The notes under the pieces were generated by a model, which was given only the letters and a program-made list of their open reading frames with translations, was not told where the DNA came from and did not search any database. Shown here in pieces: positions 28,048 to 36,373 of a stretch of DNA of 64,000 nucleotides; the stretch's first letter is position 1; each line of letters starts with the position of its first letter. The position numbers were made by a program, and so were the translations under genes. Origin of the DNA: Gaiella sp. (GTDB lineage Bacteria; Actinomycetota; Thermoleophilia; Gaiellales; Gaiellaceae); contig JBJXGY010000208.1 of the NCBI GenBank assembly GCA_046160185.1, forward strand, positions 1,843 to 65,842, written 5' to 3'.

Positions 28048-29369
28048 AGCACCATCAAAGCGAGCATCGCGTACTGCGAGCGAAGGGCATCGCTCCGGGC
28101 CGGGAAGCGTGCGATCGCCCGGTCGTGCGCGACCATCAACCCGACCATGTGCCCGAGCACGAGCGCCGACGCCTGCACGTACCAGACCAGGTTCGGTGAG
28201 AGCAGGGCGAGGTTGGGCGTGAAGTCCGCTGTGCCGAACAGATCCCAGCCGCGCCCGAGAGGATCGGAGATGTGCGTGATCGTGAACTGCCCCTGGAGCA
28301 CGAGCAGGGAGAAGTAGTGAGCGACCTCGTAGACGAAGGCGATCGGCACGAGCGAGAGCAGGAAGTCCGGCACCAGCGATCCCCCATCTCGGACGGAGCT
28401 TCCGGCCAGCCGGCACGCGGCGATGTACGAGACACCGACGAGGCCTGCAGCCACGACCAGGCCGCCGATCGCAAGCCCCATGCCGAGCAGATCGGCCAGC
28501 GTCGGGTTGACGAGGACATAAGGAGCCTGCACGTCGGCGACCAGGTCCTGCCAGGTCGTCGTGCGCGAGAAGCCGTCGAAGGCGACCGAGCCGAGCATCA
28601 CGGCCACGAAGGCCGTCGTCCCGGGCGTGCGCTCCTCGCCGGCGAGCCCGCTCGCCGGAAGTCTCAGCCGCGGCCGGCCCTCGGCGATTCGAAACGGCGA
28701 GAGCCGGGCGAAGAGCCCGAACAGCACGGCGAACGCCTCGCCGTTTGCCGTCCAGGTGTCGCGGCCGTAGGCCGCCATGCCGAGCAGGGTGATGTAGCTG
28801 TAGACGGCGATGGCGAAGGCCAGAACGCGCGGCGACGACGGGTCGTAGTACGCGAGCTCGAGCGCGACGAAGCCGAACAGCGCGGCCGCCCCCGGCCAGC
28901 GGCCGAGGCCCGCAGGGTACACGGCGAGCGGGCGCGCTCCGCGGCCCGACCGCTCCCGCACCCAGACGAAACCGTCGGCGAGCGCACGCCACGGCGAGAG
29001 CACACGCCAGACGTCGCCGAAGAGCACCGCGAGTAGCGGCACCCCGAGCCAGAACGTGACGTAGATCCAGGTCGGCGCGATGTTGGCGAGCGGGTCGTCG
29101 GTGCCGAGGAGCGCGGCCGCCCAGACGGCCACGAAGAGGACGACGGACAGCAGTTGAAGCAGCATGCGCGCAGGACGGCTGGTTGCCGCGGCGAGGGGGC
29201 GAAGAAGCGGCCGTCCCTGACCGTAGCGGGCGAGGAGCGGTTGCCTCCAGAGCGAGCCGAGCGCGGTGAACGAGGCGACGAGCACGATCCCGGCTCCCCA
29301 GTAGAAGAGCCAGGCGGGGACCGGCAGATCCTGGACGTTGCCGATCCCGTGGCCGACGAGCCCGCTCAC
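28008..29369 (-). CDS. hypothetical polytopic membrane protein (453 aa)
   Basis: About 10 hydrophobic segments. The N-terminus is GHGIGNVQDLPVPAWLFYWGAG, with conserved-looking His (EVAHYF, GHMVGLMVAHD). ATGA-coupled to the upstream gene. Confidence 0.7.
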   Translation of the reverse strand: MSGLVGHGIGNVQDLPVPAWLFYWGAGIVLVASFTALGSLWRQPLLARYGQGRPLLRPLAAATSRPARMLLQLLSVVLFVAVWAAALLGTDDPLANIAPTWIYVTFWLGVPLLAVLFGDVWRVLSPWRALADGFVWVRERSGRGARPLAVYPAGLGRWPGAAALFGFVALELAYYDPSSPRVLAFAIAVYSYITLLGMAAYGRDTWTANGEAFAVLFGLFARLSPFRIAEGRPRLRLPASGLAGEERTPGTTAFVAVMLGSVAFDGFSRTTTWQDLVADVQAPYVLVNPTLADLLGMGLAIGGLVVAAGLVGVSYIAACRLAGSSVRDGGSLVPDFLLSLVPIAFVYEVAHYFSLLVLQGQFTITHISDPLGRGWDLFGTADFTPNLALLSPNLVWYVQASALVLGHMVGLMVAHDRAIARFPARSDALRSQYAMLALMVLYTLGGLWILSRG

Positions 29370-29719
29370 GTCGTGACCGAGATCACCGCGAGGACGACGT
29401 CGGGACGGTGCATCTCGACCTCGAAGCGACCCGTGAGCCGGGCCGTGAACTGGATCACGACCTTCTTGCCTCGGAGCACTGGTTTCGTGATGTCGTAGCC
29501 GTGCAGGTGGATCGACTCGCCGACGTCCGTCGTGACGATGATGCGGACGAGCTTGCCCTTCTTGACTTTGGGGCGCTTGATGCCGCCGACGATCTTGCCC
29601 TTGGCGACGGTGATCGGGATCAGGACTGGTTTGACCTTGGCGGTGGGCGCTGCGCCGGCGAGGCTGCTCGCGAGGAGCACGAGGGTCGCACAGAGCGCGA
29701 TGAGCGTGAGACGTCGCAT
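29366..29719 (-). CDS. secreted cupredoxin-like beta-sandwich protein (117 aa)
   Basis: Signal peptide MRRLTLIALCATLVLLASSLAGA and a GGAGG RBS. The pattern KKGKLVRIIVTTDVGESIHLHGYD...GRFEVEMH resembles Cupredoxin_1/EfeO-Cup type domains, judged from memory. Confidence 0.45.
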   Translation of the reverse strand: MRRLTLIALCATLVLLASSLAGAAPTAKVKPVLIPITVAKGKIVGGIKRPKVKKGKLVRIIVTTDVGESIHLHGYDITKPVLRGKKVVIQFTARLTGRFEVEMHRPDVVLAVISVTT

Positions 29720-29768
29720 GAGTACCTCCAGAAGTGTCCGGTTTCGCGCCGTGCGGCGCGCGGCCTGG

Positions 29769-30293
29769 TCAGCGGAGGCGGGGCGGCGGTGCGCGGCCGC
29801 GAGCATGTGCGACGGCCGGCCCTCGAACGGCGTGCGCCGGAACCGGCGCGTACTGCACACAGAACGTGGCACGCCGCCGCGGTGGGCGGTTTCGCTGGAG
29901 CATCGTGCCGCTCACCAGGCGGGCGAGCGCGGCGCACAAGAGCGCGATCGGCACTTGCAGCGCGAGCCCGGCGAGAAACGCCCGATCGGTGAGCAGGAAC
30001 GGAAGCGCGTCGCCGTGCGCGAGACGCTCCGCGTGCTCCTGCACGGCGAAGGTGACGAGGCCGAGGCAGGCATACGGCCAGGGGCTTCCCGTGCCTCCCG
30101 CGCGCTGCTGGAACGCGAGCAGGACGAGCCCCGTGAGCGCGGCGATCAGCGCGATCTGCGGCACATGCTCAAGGTAGGCGTGGACCGTCCCCGGGTCGGT
30201 ACCGGTCAGCCCGTAGGCGAGCGCGTGACCGCCGAGCACGCCGGCAAGCGAGAGCGGCGCGACGAAGACCCAGGCGAGCAGGCGTCGGCTCAT
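29769..30293 (-). CDS. hypothetical membrane protein (about 4 TM)
   Basis: Hydrophobic N-terminal 130 aa with His-rich loops (HAYLEH, QEHAERLAHGD). The Arg-rich tail is doubtful. Confidence 0.5.
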   Translation of the reverse strand: MSRRLLAWVFVAPLSLAGVLGGHALAYGLTGTDPGTVHAYLEHVPQIALIAALTGLVLLAFQQRAGGTGSPWPYACLGLVTFAVQEHAERLAHGDALPFLLTDRAFLAGLALQVPIALLCAALARLVSGTMLQRNRPPRRRATFCVQYAPVPAHAVRGPAVAHARGRAPPPRLR

Positions 30294-30463
30294 CGCCTAG
30301 ATCATGCCTGCAGGCGTGGTGCTGGCTTGGAGTTCGGCACCGTTTCCCCGGCCCCGCAACACCGGAAGGTGTCTGAAGAAGTGTGTGGACACGGGTATCG
30401 AATTCGCCGCTCCGCGCGACTTTCCGGTTGGAGGCGTCCGCGTAGGTCTGTCAGAGTGCAGCC

Positions 30464-31318
30464 GTGGCGAAGCGAAAGCGAGGACCGGCTCGCATCCCGG
30501 CGACGACGACGCCTGCAACCGCGCTGCCCGACCGTCGCTCGACGGAGAGCGCGCTCTCTGCGATCGCGAGAGGAGCCGTGCATTACGCCTCGGACGAGGC
30601 GCTGTTCCACGCCCAGGACCTGATGTATGAGGCTTTCGAGGCGCGGGGCGCACGTCGTGTCGCGCTGGCTCGGGAGGCGCTCGAGATCTCGCCTGATTGC
30701 GCCGACGCCTACGTACTCCTTGCCGAGGCAGCAGCTTCGAGCGTGGAGGAGGCGCGGACGCTGCTCGAGCTTGGCGTCGCCGCCGGCGAAAGGGCGCTTG
30801 GTCCCGACCCGTTCGAGGAGGACGTCGGCCACTTCTGGGGCATCCTCGAGACCCGGCCGTACATGCGTGCCCGCGCGGCGCTCGCGGAGACGCTCTGGGC
30901 GCTCGACCTGCGAGAGGAAGCCGTCGAGCACCAGCGCGAGCTCCTGCGGCTGAACCCGAACGACAACCAGGGACTTCGCTACCGCCAGGCCGAGTGGCTG
31001 CTCTGGCTCGAGCACGACGATCAGCTCGACGAGGTCTTTGCCGCCTACGACGATGACGCTGCGGCCGCCCTCGCCTATCCGAAGGCGCTGGCCGCCTTTC
31101 GCCGGGAAGGAGACTCGGCGGCCGCGAGACGGCTGCTCCACGAAGCGCGGGAATGCAACTCTCACGTCCCCGCATACCTCTCGGGCCGGAAGCGACTGCC
31201 GAAGCGGCTGCCGGACTACGTGGGCTTCGGCGACGACAGCGAGGCCGTCGGCTATGCCGCCGGTGCGGCAGCGCTGTGGGCGAGCGTTCCCGGCGCGCTG
31301 AGCTGGCTCGAGTCCTGA
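30464..31318 (+). CDS. ST7-family (TPR-like) protein
   Basis: ISPDCADAYVLLAE and NSHVPAYL...GDDSEAVGYA...GALSWL match my recollection of eukaryotic ST7 (NPDCATAYILLAE; NPHVPKYL...GDSEAIAYA...GALNLL). Confidence 0.55.
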   Translation: MAKRKRGPARIPATTTPATALPDRRSTESALSAIARGAVHYASDEALFHAQDLMYEAFEARGARRVALAREALEISPDCADAYVLLAEAAASSVEEARTLLELGVAAGERALGPDPFEEDVGHFWGILETRPYMRARAALAETLWALDLREEAVEHQRELLRLNPNDNQGLRYRQAEWLLWLEHDDQLDEVFAAYDDDAAAALAYPKALAAFRREGDSAAARRLLHEARECNSHVPAYLSGRKRLPKRLPDYVGFGDDSEAVGYAAGAAALWASVPGALSWLES

Positions 31319-31359
31319 TCCGATCTCTTCCAGGGCATCGTCTGTAGCAGCAACAATGG

Positions 31360-32790
31360 TCATCCCCTGTCCGGATGGGACGCGAGCCGGGCCTTGAGGA
31401 GGTCGCTGACGACGCGAGCGTCTGCCTTGCCCTGCGTTTCCTTCATCACCTGGCCGACGAAAAAGCCGAGCAGCCCCTCCTTGCCGCCCCGGAACGCGGC
31501 GACCTGGCCCGGGTTGGCGTCGAGGATGGCCGCGATGATCGGCTCGAGCGCGCTGGTGTCGCTCATCGCCTCCTGCGCGAGGTACGGCGCGGCCGTGAAT
31601 CCGGGCTCGGCGAGCTTCGCGATCGCCTCGTCGAAGACCTGGCGCGGTATGCGCTCGCGGGCGCCGACGAGCGCAGCGAGCTCCGCGGGCGACACCTCAG
31701 CCGGATCGTGTCCGGCGGCGACCACCGCGTTCGCGATCACGTTCGCCGCGGCGGTCGAGTCGGCGCCCGCCTCCACCGTGGCGCGCCAGAGAGCGTCGAG
31801 CCCGCCGGTGACGAGCACCACGGCCCGCTCATGGCCGAGCGTGCCGCGGATCTCGTGAATGCGGTCGGCGGGTGCCACGGGGATCTCGGCGCCCAGCCGG
31901 TCGACCAGTTCCGGCGCCGGCTCGACCGGCACCAGATCCGGGTCGGGGAAGTAGCGATAGTCGTCGGCCTCTTCCTTGGAACGGCGCGCGGTCAGGCGGT
32001 TGTGGGCTGCGTCGTAGTCGTAGGTCTCCTGGAGCACCGCGCCGCCGGACTCCCAGACGGCAATCTGCCGCGCGACCTCGGCCTCGATGCCGCGTGCAAT
32101 GAAGGTGAACGAGTTCATGTTCTTGATCTCGCAGCGCGTGCGCAGCTCGTCGGAGCCCACCGGACGGACCGAGACGTTGGCGTCGACCCGCATCGTCCCC
32201 TTCTCCATCTCCGCGTCGGAGATGCCGAGCTCCACGATCGTCTGGCGGAGCAGCTGAAGGAAGGTCTTGGCCTCGTCCGCAGAGCGGATGTCGGGGCCGG
32301 TGACGATCTCGACGAGCGGTGTGCCGCCGCGGTTGTAGTCGACCAGCGTCGCGGAGGCGCCGCCGATGCGACCGGTCGAGCCGCCCACATGGACGTTCTT
32401 GGCAGCGTCCTCCTCGAGGTGCGCGCGGACGATGCTCACAGTGTGCTCACCGTCCTGCAAAGGAACTAACATTTTACCAGAAATGCAAGATGGCAGATCG
32501 TATTGTGATATCTGATAGCCCTTTGGCAGATCGGGGTAGAAGTAGTTCTTTCGCGCGAAGACGGCGTGCGGCGCGATCTCGCAGCCGAGCGCGAGCCCGA
32601 GCTTGATCGTCGACTCGATCGCCTGCCGGTTGATCACCGGGAGCGCACCGGGGAAGCCAAGGCAGACGGGACAGGTCAGCGTGTTCTCCCCCGCGCCGAA
32701 CGCGACCGGGCACCGGCAGAACATCTTCGTGCGCGTCTTCAGCTGGACGTGGATCTCGAGGCCGATCACCGGTTCCCAGGTGGTGGTCAT
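31360..32790 (-). CDS. gatB: Asp-tRNA(Asn)/Glu-tRNA(Gln) amidotransferase subunit B
   Basis: WEPVIGLEIHVQL, CPVCLGFPG and KNYFYPDLPKGYQISQYD motifs. ATGA overlap with gatA. Confidence 0.95.
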   Translation of the reverse strand: MTTTWEPVIGLEIHVQLKTRTKMFCRCPVAFGAGENTLTCPVCLGFPGALPVINRQAIESTIKLGLALGCEIAPHAVFARKNYFYPDLPKGYQISQYDLPSCISGKMLVPLQDGEHTVSIVRAHLEEDAAKNVHVGGSTGRIGGASATLVDYNRGGTPLVEIVTGPDIRSADEAKTFLQLLRQTIVELGISDAEMEKGTMRVDANVSVRPVGSDELRTRCEIKNMNSFTFIARGIEAEVARQIAVWESGGAVLQETYDYDAAHNRLTARRSKEEADDYRYFPDPDLVPVEPAPELVDRLGAEIPVAPADRIHEIRGTLGHERAVVLVTGGLDALWRATVEAGADSTAAANVIANAVVAAGHDPAEVSPAELAALVGARERIPRQVFDEAIAKLAEPGFTAAPYLAQEAMSDTSALEPIIAAILDANPGQVAAFRGGKEGLLGFFVGQVMKETQGKADARVVSDLLKARLASHPDRG

Positions 32791-34190
32791 CGCAGCCGCT
32801 CCGGGACCGGGTCGAAGCCGATCTGCTGCTCGAGCGCGTGCCCGATGCGGAACAGGAGGTTCTCGCCGAATTGGGGGCCGATCAGCTGCAGGCCGACCGG
32901 GAGACCCGCCGAGAGGCCGCTCGGCACGCTCAGGCCGGGCAGGCCTGCCAGGCAGCTGGGGATCGTGAGCAGATCGCACGCGTACATGGCGAGCGGGTCG
33001 GCCGCGCGGTCGCCGAGCGGGAAGGCGACGGTCGGAGCCGTGGGCGTGGCGATCACGTCGAACTGCTCGAGCACCGCCTTGTGCTCGCGGATCAGCAGCG
33101 TGCGCACCTTCTGCGCCTGGCCGTAGTAGGCGTCGTAGTAGCCGGCTGAGAGTGCGTACGTGCCCAGCATGATGCGGCGCTTCGGCTCTGCCCCGAAGCC
33201 GGCATCCCGCGTGCGCTCGACCATCTCCCTGTGCGTGGGCCCGTCCACGCGGGCGCCGTAGCGGACGCCGTCGTAGCGTGCGAGGTTGGACGACGCCTCC
33301 GCAGGCGCGACGAGGTAGTAGCAAGGCATCCCGTAGTCGTAGGAGAGCGGCAGATCGCACTCGCCCAGCGAGGCGCCGAGCGACTCGGCCAGCGTGAGCG
33401 CGGCCTCGAAGGAGGCACGGACGCCCGGTTCGATCGCGGTGAGGCCGGCCAGCTGTCTCGGCACACCGATCGTGACGCCGTCGAGTCGCTCGCCCGTGGG
33501 AAGTTCGACGGCCGGTCTCTCGACGGTGGTCGAGTCGGCGGCGTCGCGACCGGAGATGACGTCGTAGAGGATGGCGACGTCGCGCACGGTCTTCCCCACC
33601 GGGCCGATCTGGTCGAGGCTCGAGGCGAAGGCGACGATGCCGTAGCGCGACACCGTCCCGTACGTGGGCCGAAGGCCGACGTTGCCGCAGAGCGCGGACG
33701 GCTGCTTGATCGAGCCGCCCGTGTCGGAGCCGAGGCCCCAGGGCGCGAGCCCCCCCGACACCGCCGCGGCCGTGCCGCCGCCCGAGCCACCCGGGACGCG
33801 TGTCGGGTCCCACGGATTGTGCGACGGCCCGTAGGAGGAGTTCTCGGTGGAGGAGCCCATGGCGAACTCGTCGGTGTTCGTCTTCCCGATCGTGGGCAGC
33901 CCGGCCGCCTTGCAACGAGCGGCGACGGTCGAGTCGAAGACAGGCACGTAGCCCTTGAGGATCTGCGAGCCGGCCGTGGTCTCCACGCCCTTCGTGGAGA
34001 TCACGTCCTTGAGCGCGATCGGGACACCGGTGCCCTCGGCGTCAGGGCACAGGCGGAGATAGGCGTGGAGCTCGCCGTCGCGCTCGGCGGCGGCGTCGAG
34101 GTAGGCGGCGTGGAGCTCGCGCGAGGAGACCTCGCCCCTGTCGAGCAGCCCCATCGCCTGCTCGGCGGTGAGCCGTAGCGTGTCGATCAT
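32787..34190 (-). CDS. gatA: Asp-tRNA(Asn)/Glu-tRNA(Gln) amidotransferase subunit A
   Basis: Amidase signature GGSSGGSAAAV-type region (PGGSGGGTAAAVSGG) with full-length GatA-like sequence. Confidence 0.95.
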   Translation of the reverse strand: MIDTLRLTAEQAMGLLDRGEVSSRELHAAYLDAAAERDGELHAYLRLCPDAEGTGVPIALKDVISTKGVETTAGSQILKGYVPVFDSTVAARCKAAGLPTIGKTNTDEFAMGSSTENSSYGPSHNPWDPTRVPGGSGGGTAAAVSGGLAPWGLGSDTGGSIKQPSALCGNVGLRPTYGTVSRYGIVAFASSLDQIGPVGKTVRDVAILYDVISGRDAADSTTVERPAVELPTGERLDGVTIGVPRQLAGLTAIEPGVRASFEAALTLAESLGASLGECDLPLSYDYGMPCYYLVAPAEASSNLARYDGVRYGARVDGPTHREMVERTRDAGFGAEPKRRIMLGTYALSAGYYDAYYGQAQKVRTLLIREHKAVLEQFDVIATPTAPTVAFPLGDRAADPLAMYACDLLTIPSCLAGLPGLSVPSGLSAGLPVGLQLIGPQFGENLLFRIGHALEQQIGFDPVPERLR

Positions 34191-34359
34191 CAGGCGCGCC
34201 CTCCGGCGCCGGCAAGCTCGCCGCCGGTCCAGGCCCCCACCAGGGGGCGCACGGCCCCCCTACCAACACCATACGGGCCGGATGCGCGCGGCTCTGTGCC
34301 GGTTCTGTGCCGGAAATGCGGCGACGGTGCCCGGCCACGCGCGGATGACGCGCGCAGCG

Positions 34360-34656
34360 TCATGCCGTCGGCGGCACGCGGAAGAGGTCGCCGTCCCTCG
34401 CGGGCGCGTTGGCGAGGGCGTCGTCGAGCGGAAGGCTCGCATGTGGCTCGTCCTCGGCCCAGACGTTGACGAGATCGAGTGGGTGCGCCGTCGGGGGCAC
34501 GTTGGACAGGTCGAGCTCGGCCACCTTGGAGACCGCGTCGAGGATCGCCCCGAGCTCGCCTGTCAGCCGCTCGATCTCCTCGTCGGAGAGCGCGAGCCGC
34601 GCCAGCCTCGCCACGTGCTCCACCTGTTCGCGCGAGATGCTCATCTGCTCCTCCAT
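34360..34656 (-). CDS. gatC: Asp-tRNA(Asn)/Glu-tRNA(Gln) amidotransferase subunit C
   Basis: The sequence ISREQVEHVARLARLALSDEEIERLTGELGAILDAV is typical of GatC. Confidence 0.9.
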   Translation of the reverse strand: MEEQMSISREQVEHVARLARLALSDEEIERLTGELGAILDAVSKVAELDLSNVPPTAHPLDLVNVWAEDEPHASLPLDDALANAPARDGDLFRVPPTA

Positions 34657-34760
34657 CCAACCAGAACTCCGCGCCCGCCAGAGGGCCTGCGGGGGCCGTG
34701 CCGCCGCCCCCGACCGGCGCCGGTGCCCGCCGGGGCACGCAAGAAGGCCCCAGGATGCAG

Positions 34761-34786
34761 AACGGGCCTCCCGTAGGAGGCCCGTT
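34761..34786 (-). terminator. hairpin downstream of cspA (11-bp stem AACGGGCCTCC/GGAGGCCCGTT, loop CGTA)
   Basis: Perfect inverted repeat read directly, 40 nt after the cspA stop. There is no clear U-tract on the minus strand. Confidence 0.5.
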
Positions 34787-34825
34787 TGCGAAGTGTTCGG
34801 TCTTGCCCTGTCGGAGCCGAGGCTC

Positions 34826-35029
34826 TCAGGCTGCAGAGACGTTCGCGGCCTGGGCGCCCTTGGGGCCCTGAGTGACCTCGAACTGAACCTTCTGACCCTC
34901 GTTGAGGGTCTTGTACCCGTCCATGTTCAACGCCGAGTAATGGACGAAGACGTCCTCGCCGCTCTCCCGGGCGATGAAGCCGTAGCCCTTCTCATTGGAG
35001 AACCACTTGACGGTACCTACTTCGGACAC
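34826..35029 (-). CDS. cspA: cold-shock protein (CspA family)
   Basis: [15 protein letters not shown] (RNP1) and VFVHYS (RNP2), 67 aa. Confidence 0.95.
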   Translation of the reverse strand: MSEVGTVKWFSNEKGYGFIARESGEDVFVHYSALNMDGYKTLNEGQKVQFEVTQGPKGAQAANVSAA

Positions 35030-35089
35030 AAACGCCTCCTACAAACAAAACGCCGACCTGCCGGCCGACGCGAACGACAGAACGGTGAA

Positions 35090-35119
35090 ACCGTAGCTGT
35101 TGCACAAAGCCCTGCGCAA
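35090..35119 (-). promoter_or_regulatory. candidate cspA promoter (TTGCGC-N18-TACGGT) with a leader of about 55 nt
   Basis: Hexamers read on the minus strand at 35119-35114 and 35095-35090. Confidence 0.35.
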
Positions 35120-35149
35120 CTGTCCTTTCCGGACAGGCCCCGACGCCGC

Positions 35150-36010
35150 TCAGAGCCCGCGGCGTGCGCGGGCGGCGGTCACGGTGCTGCGCAGGAGCAT
35201 GGCGATCGTCATCGGGCCCGTCCCACCCGGCATCGGGGTGAGGTGCCCGGCGACCTGGGCCACGGCCGGGTCGACATCGCCCCGGATTCCCTCGTCCGTG
35301 CGCGTGAGACCGACGTCCAGGACTGCCGCTCCGGGCTTGACCATCTCCGGGGTCACAAGACCCGGCCGACCGACCGCCGCCACGACGATGTCTGCGCGCC
35401 GCACGTGCGAAGCGAGGTCTGCGGTGCGTGAGTGGCAGATGGTGACCGTCGCGCTCTGGTGCAGCAGGAGCATCGCCATCGGCCGCCCCACGATCTCGCT
35501 GCGGCCGATGACGACCGCCTCCCGGCCCGTGATGGGAATCTCGTAGGCCTCGAGCAGCTTCATGCACCCCGCGGGCGTGGCCGGCACGTGCAGCGGCGTG
35601 CCGAGGTACAGGTTCCCCGCGTTGACCGGGTGAAAGCCGTCGACGTCCTTCACCGGATCGACCGCGTACGTCACCGCCGTCTCGTCGATGTGCGAGGGCA
35701 GGGGAAGCTGTACGAGGATGCCGTCCACGCCGTCGTCACGGTTGAGCTCGTCGATGACCCGCAGCACATCCTCCTGGCTCGTCTCGGCCGGCAGCCGGAC
35801 GTCGCGGGCCTCGATCCCCGCCTCCGTGGCGGCTTTGTGCTTGCTGGAGATGTACACGTGCGAGGCCGGGTCGTCCCCCACGAGCACGGTCGCGAGTCCG
35901 AGGTGCCCGAGCCCTCGCACCTCGCGGGCGACCTCCGCGCGCACCTCCGCCGAGAGCGCCTTGCCGTCCATCATCACCGCAGCCACGACGCGGGACTCTA
36001 CTGCGCACAC
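35150..36010 (-). CDS. folD: bifunctional methylenetetrahydrofolate dehydrogenase/cyclohydrolase
   Basis: Full-length FolD-like sequence (GRSEIVGRPMAMLL, PGGTGPMTIAMLL). The true start is probably at the MMDGKAL methionines near 35974. Confidence 0.93.
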   Translation of the reverse strand: MCAVESRVVAAVMMDGKALSAEVRAEVAREVRGLGHLGLATVLVGDDPASHVYISSKHKAATEAGIEARDVRLPAETSQEDVLRVIDELNRDDGVDGILVQLPLPSHIDETAVTYAVDPVKDVDGFHPVNAGNLYLGTPLHVPATPAGCMKLLEAYEIPITGREAVVIGRSEIVGRPMAMLLLHQSATVTICHSRTADLASHVRRADIVVAAVGRPGLVTPEMVKPGAAVLDVGLTRTDEGIRGDVDPAVAQVAGHLTPMPGGTGPMTIAMLLRSTVTAARARRGL

Positions 36011-36088
36011 CCGCGGTCTGCGCGTGCGTGCCGGACCGGCCTAAAGGGAGACGCTGTTGCAGCCGATCTCTAGGAACGAGGTTTCCGC

Positions 36089-36373
36089 ATGGTCTTCCTG
36101 AAAATCGCCATCTTCGCTGCCGCGATCGTCGCGCTCCTCGTGTTTGCGCAGCAACGCGCGTGGTTCAAGAGGATCGGCCTGACCGCGAGCTGCGAGGTCG
36201 TGCAACCGCCGTTCGGCGCCGGCGACGCCGGAGGGCAGTGGTGGTCGTGTCGCGAGGGTGTGCTGTCCGGCTACCCGAACCTCGAGCGGGACAACTGCAG
36301 GAACCGCGGCATCGTGAATCGCCACCAGGTCTGGTGGTGCCCCGTGCCGATCCAGAAGCCGACCTTCAACTAA
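36089..36373 (+). CDS. hypothetical small membrane-anchored/secreted protein with 4 Cys
   Basis: N-terminal TM MVFLKIAIFAAAIVALLVF. No family recognised. Its 3' end overlaps the convergent arginase-family gene by 8 nt. Confidence 0.45.
   Translation: MVFLKIAIFAAAIVALLVFAQQRAWFKRIGLTASCEVVQPPFGAGDAGGQWWSCREGVLSGYPNLERDNCRNRGIVNRHQVWWCPVPIQKPTFN

Noticed and set aside
26797-28992. 731-aa ORF on the minus strand spanning the acylase 5' end and the membrane genes
   Set aside because: The composition is Arg/Gly/Ala-rich junk. It overlaps the penicillin-acylase frame and the 453-aa membrane protein frame, both of which are far more plausible.
31375-32469. 364-aa plus-strand ORF
   Set aside because: It is antisense to gatB, which is unambiguous.
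32463-32520. AT-rich patch in gatB as an inserted mobile element or intein remnant
   Set aside because: The reading frame is uninterrupted and the encoded residues belong to the conserved GatB motif. It is kept as a codon-usage anomaly instead.
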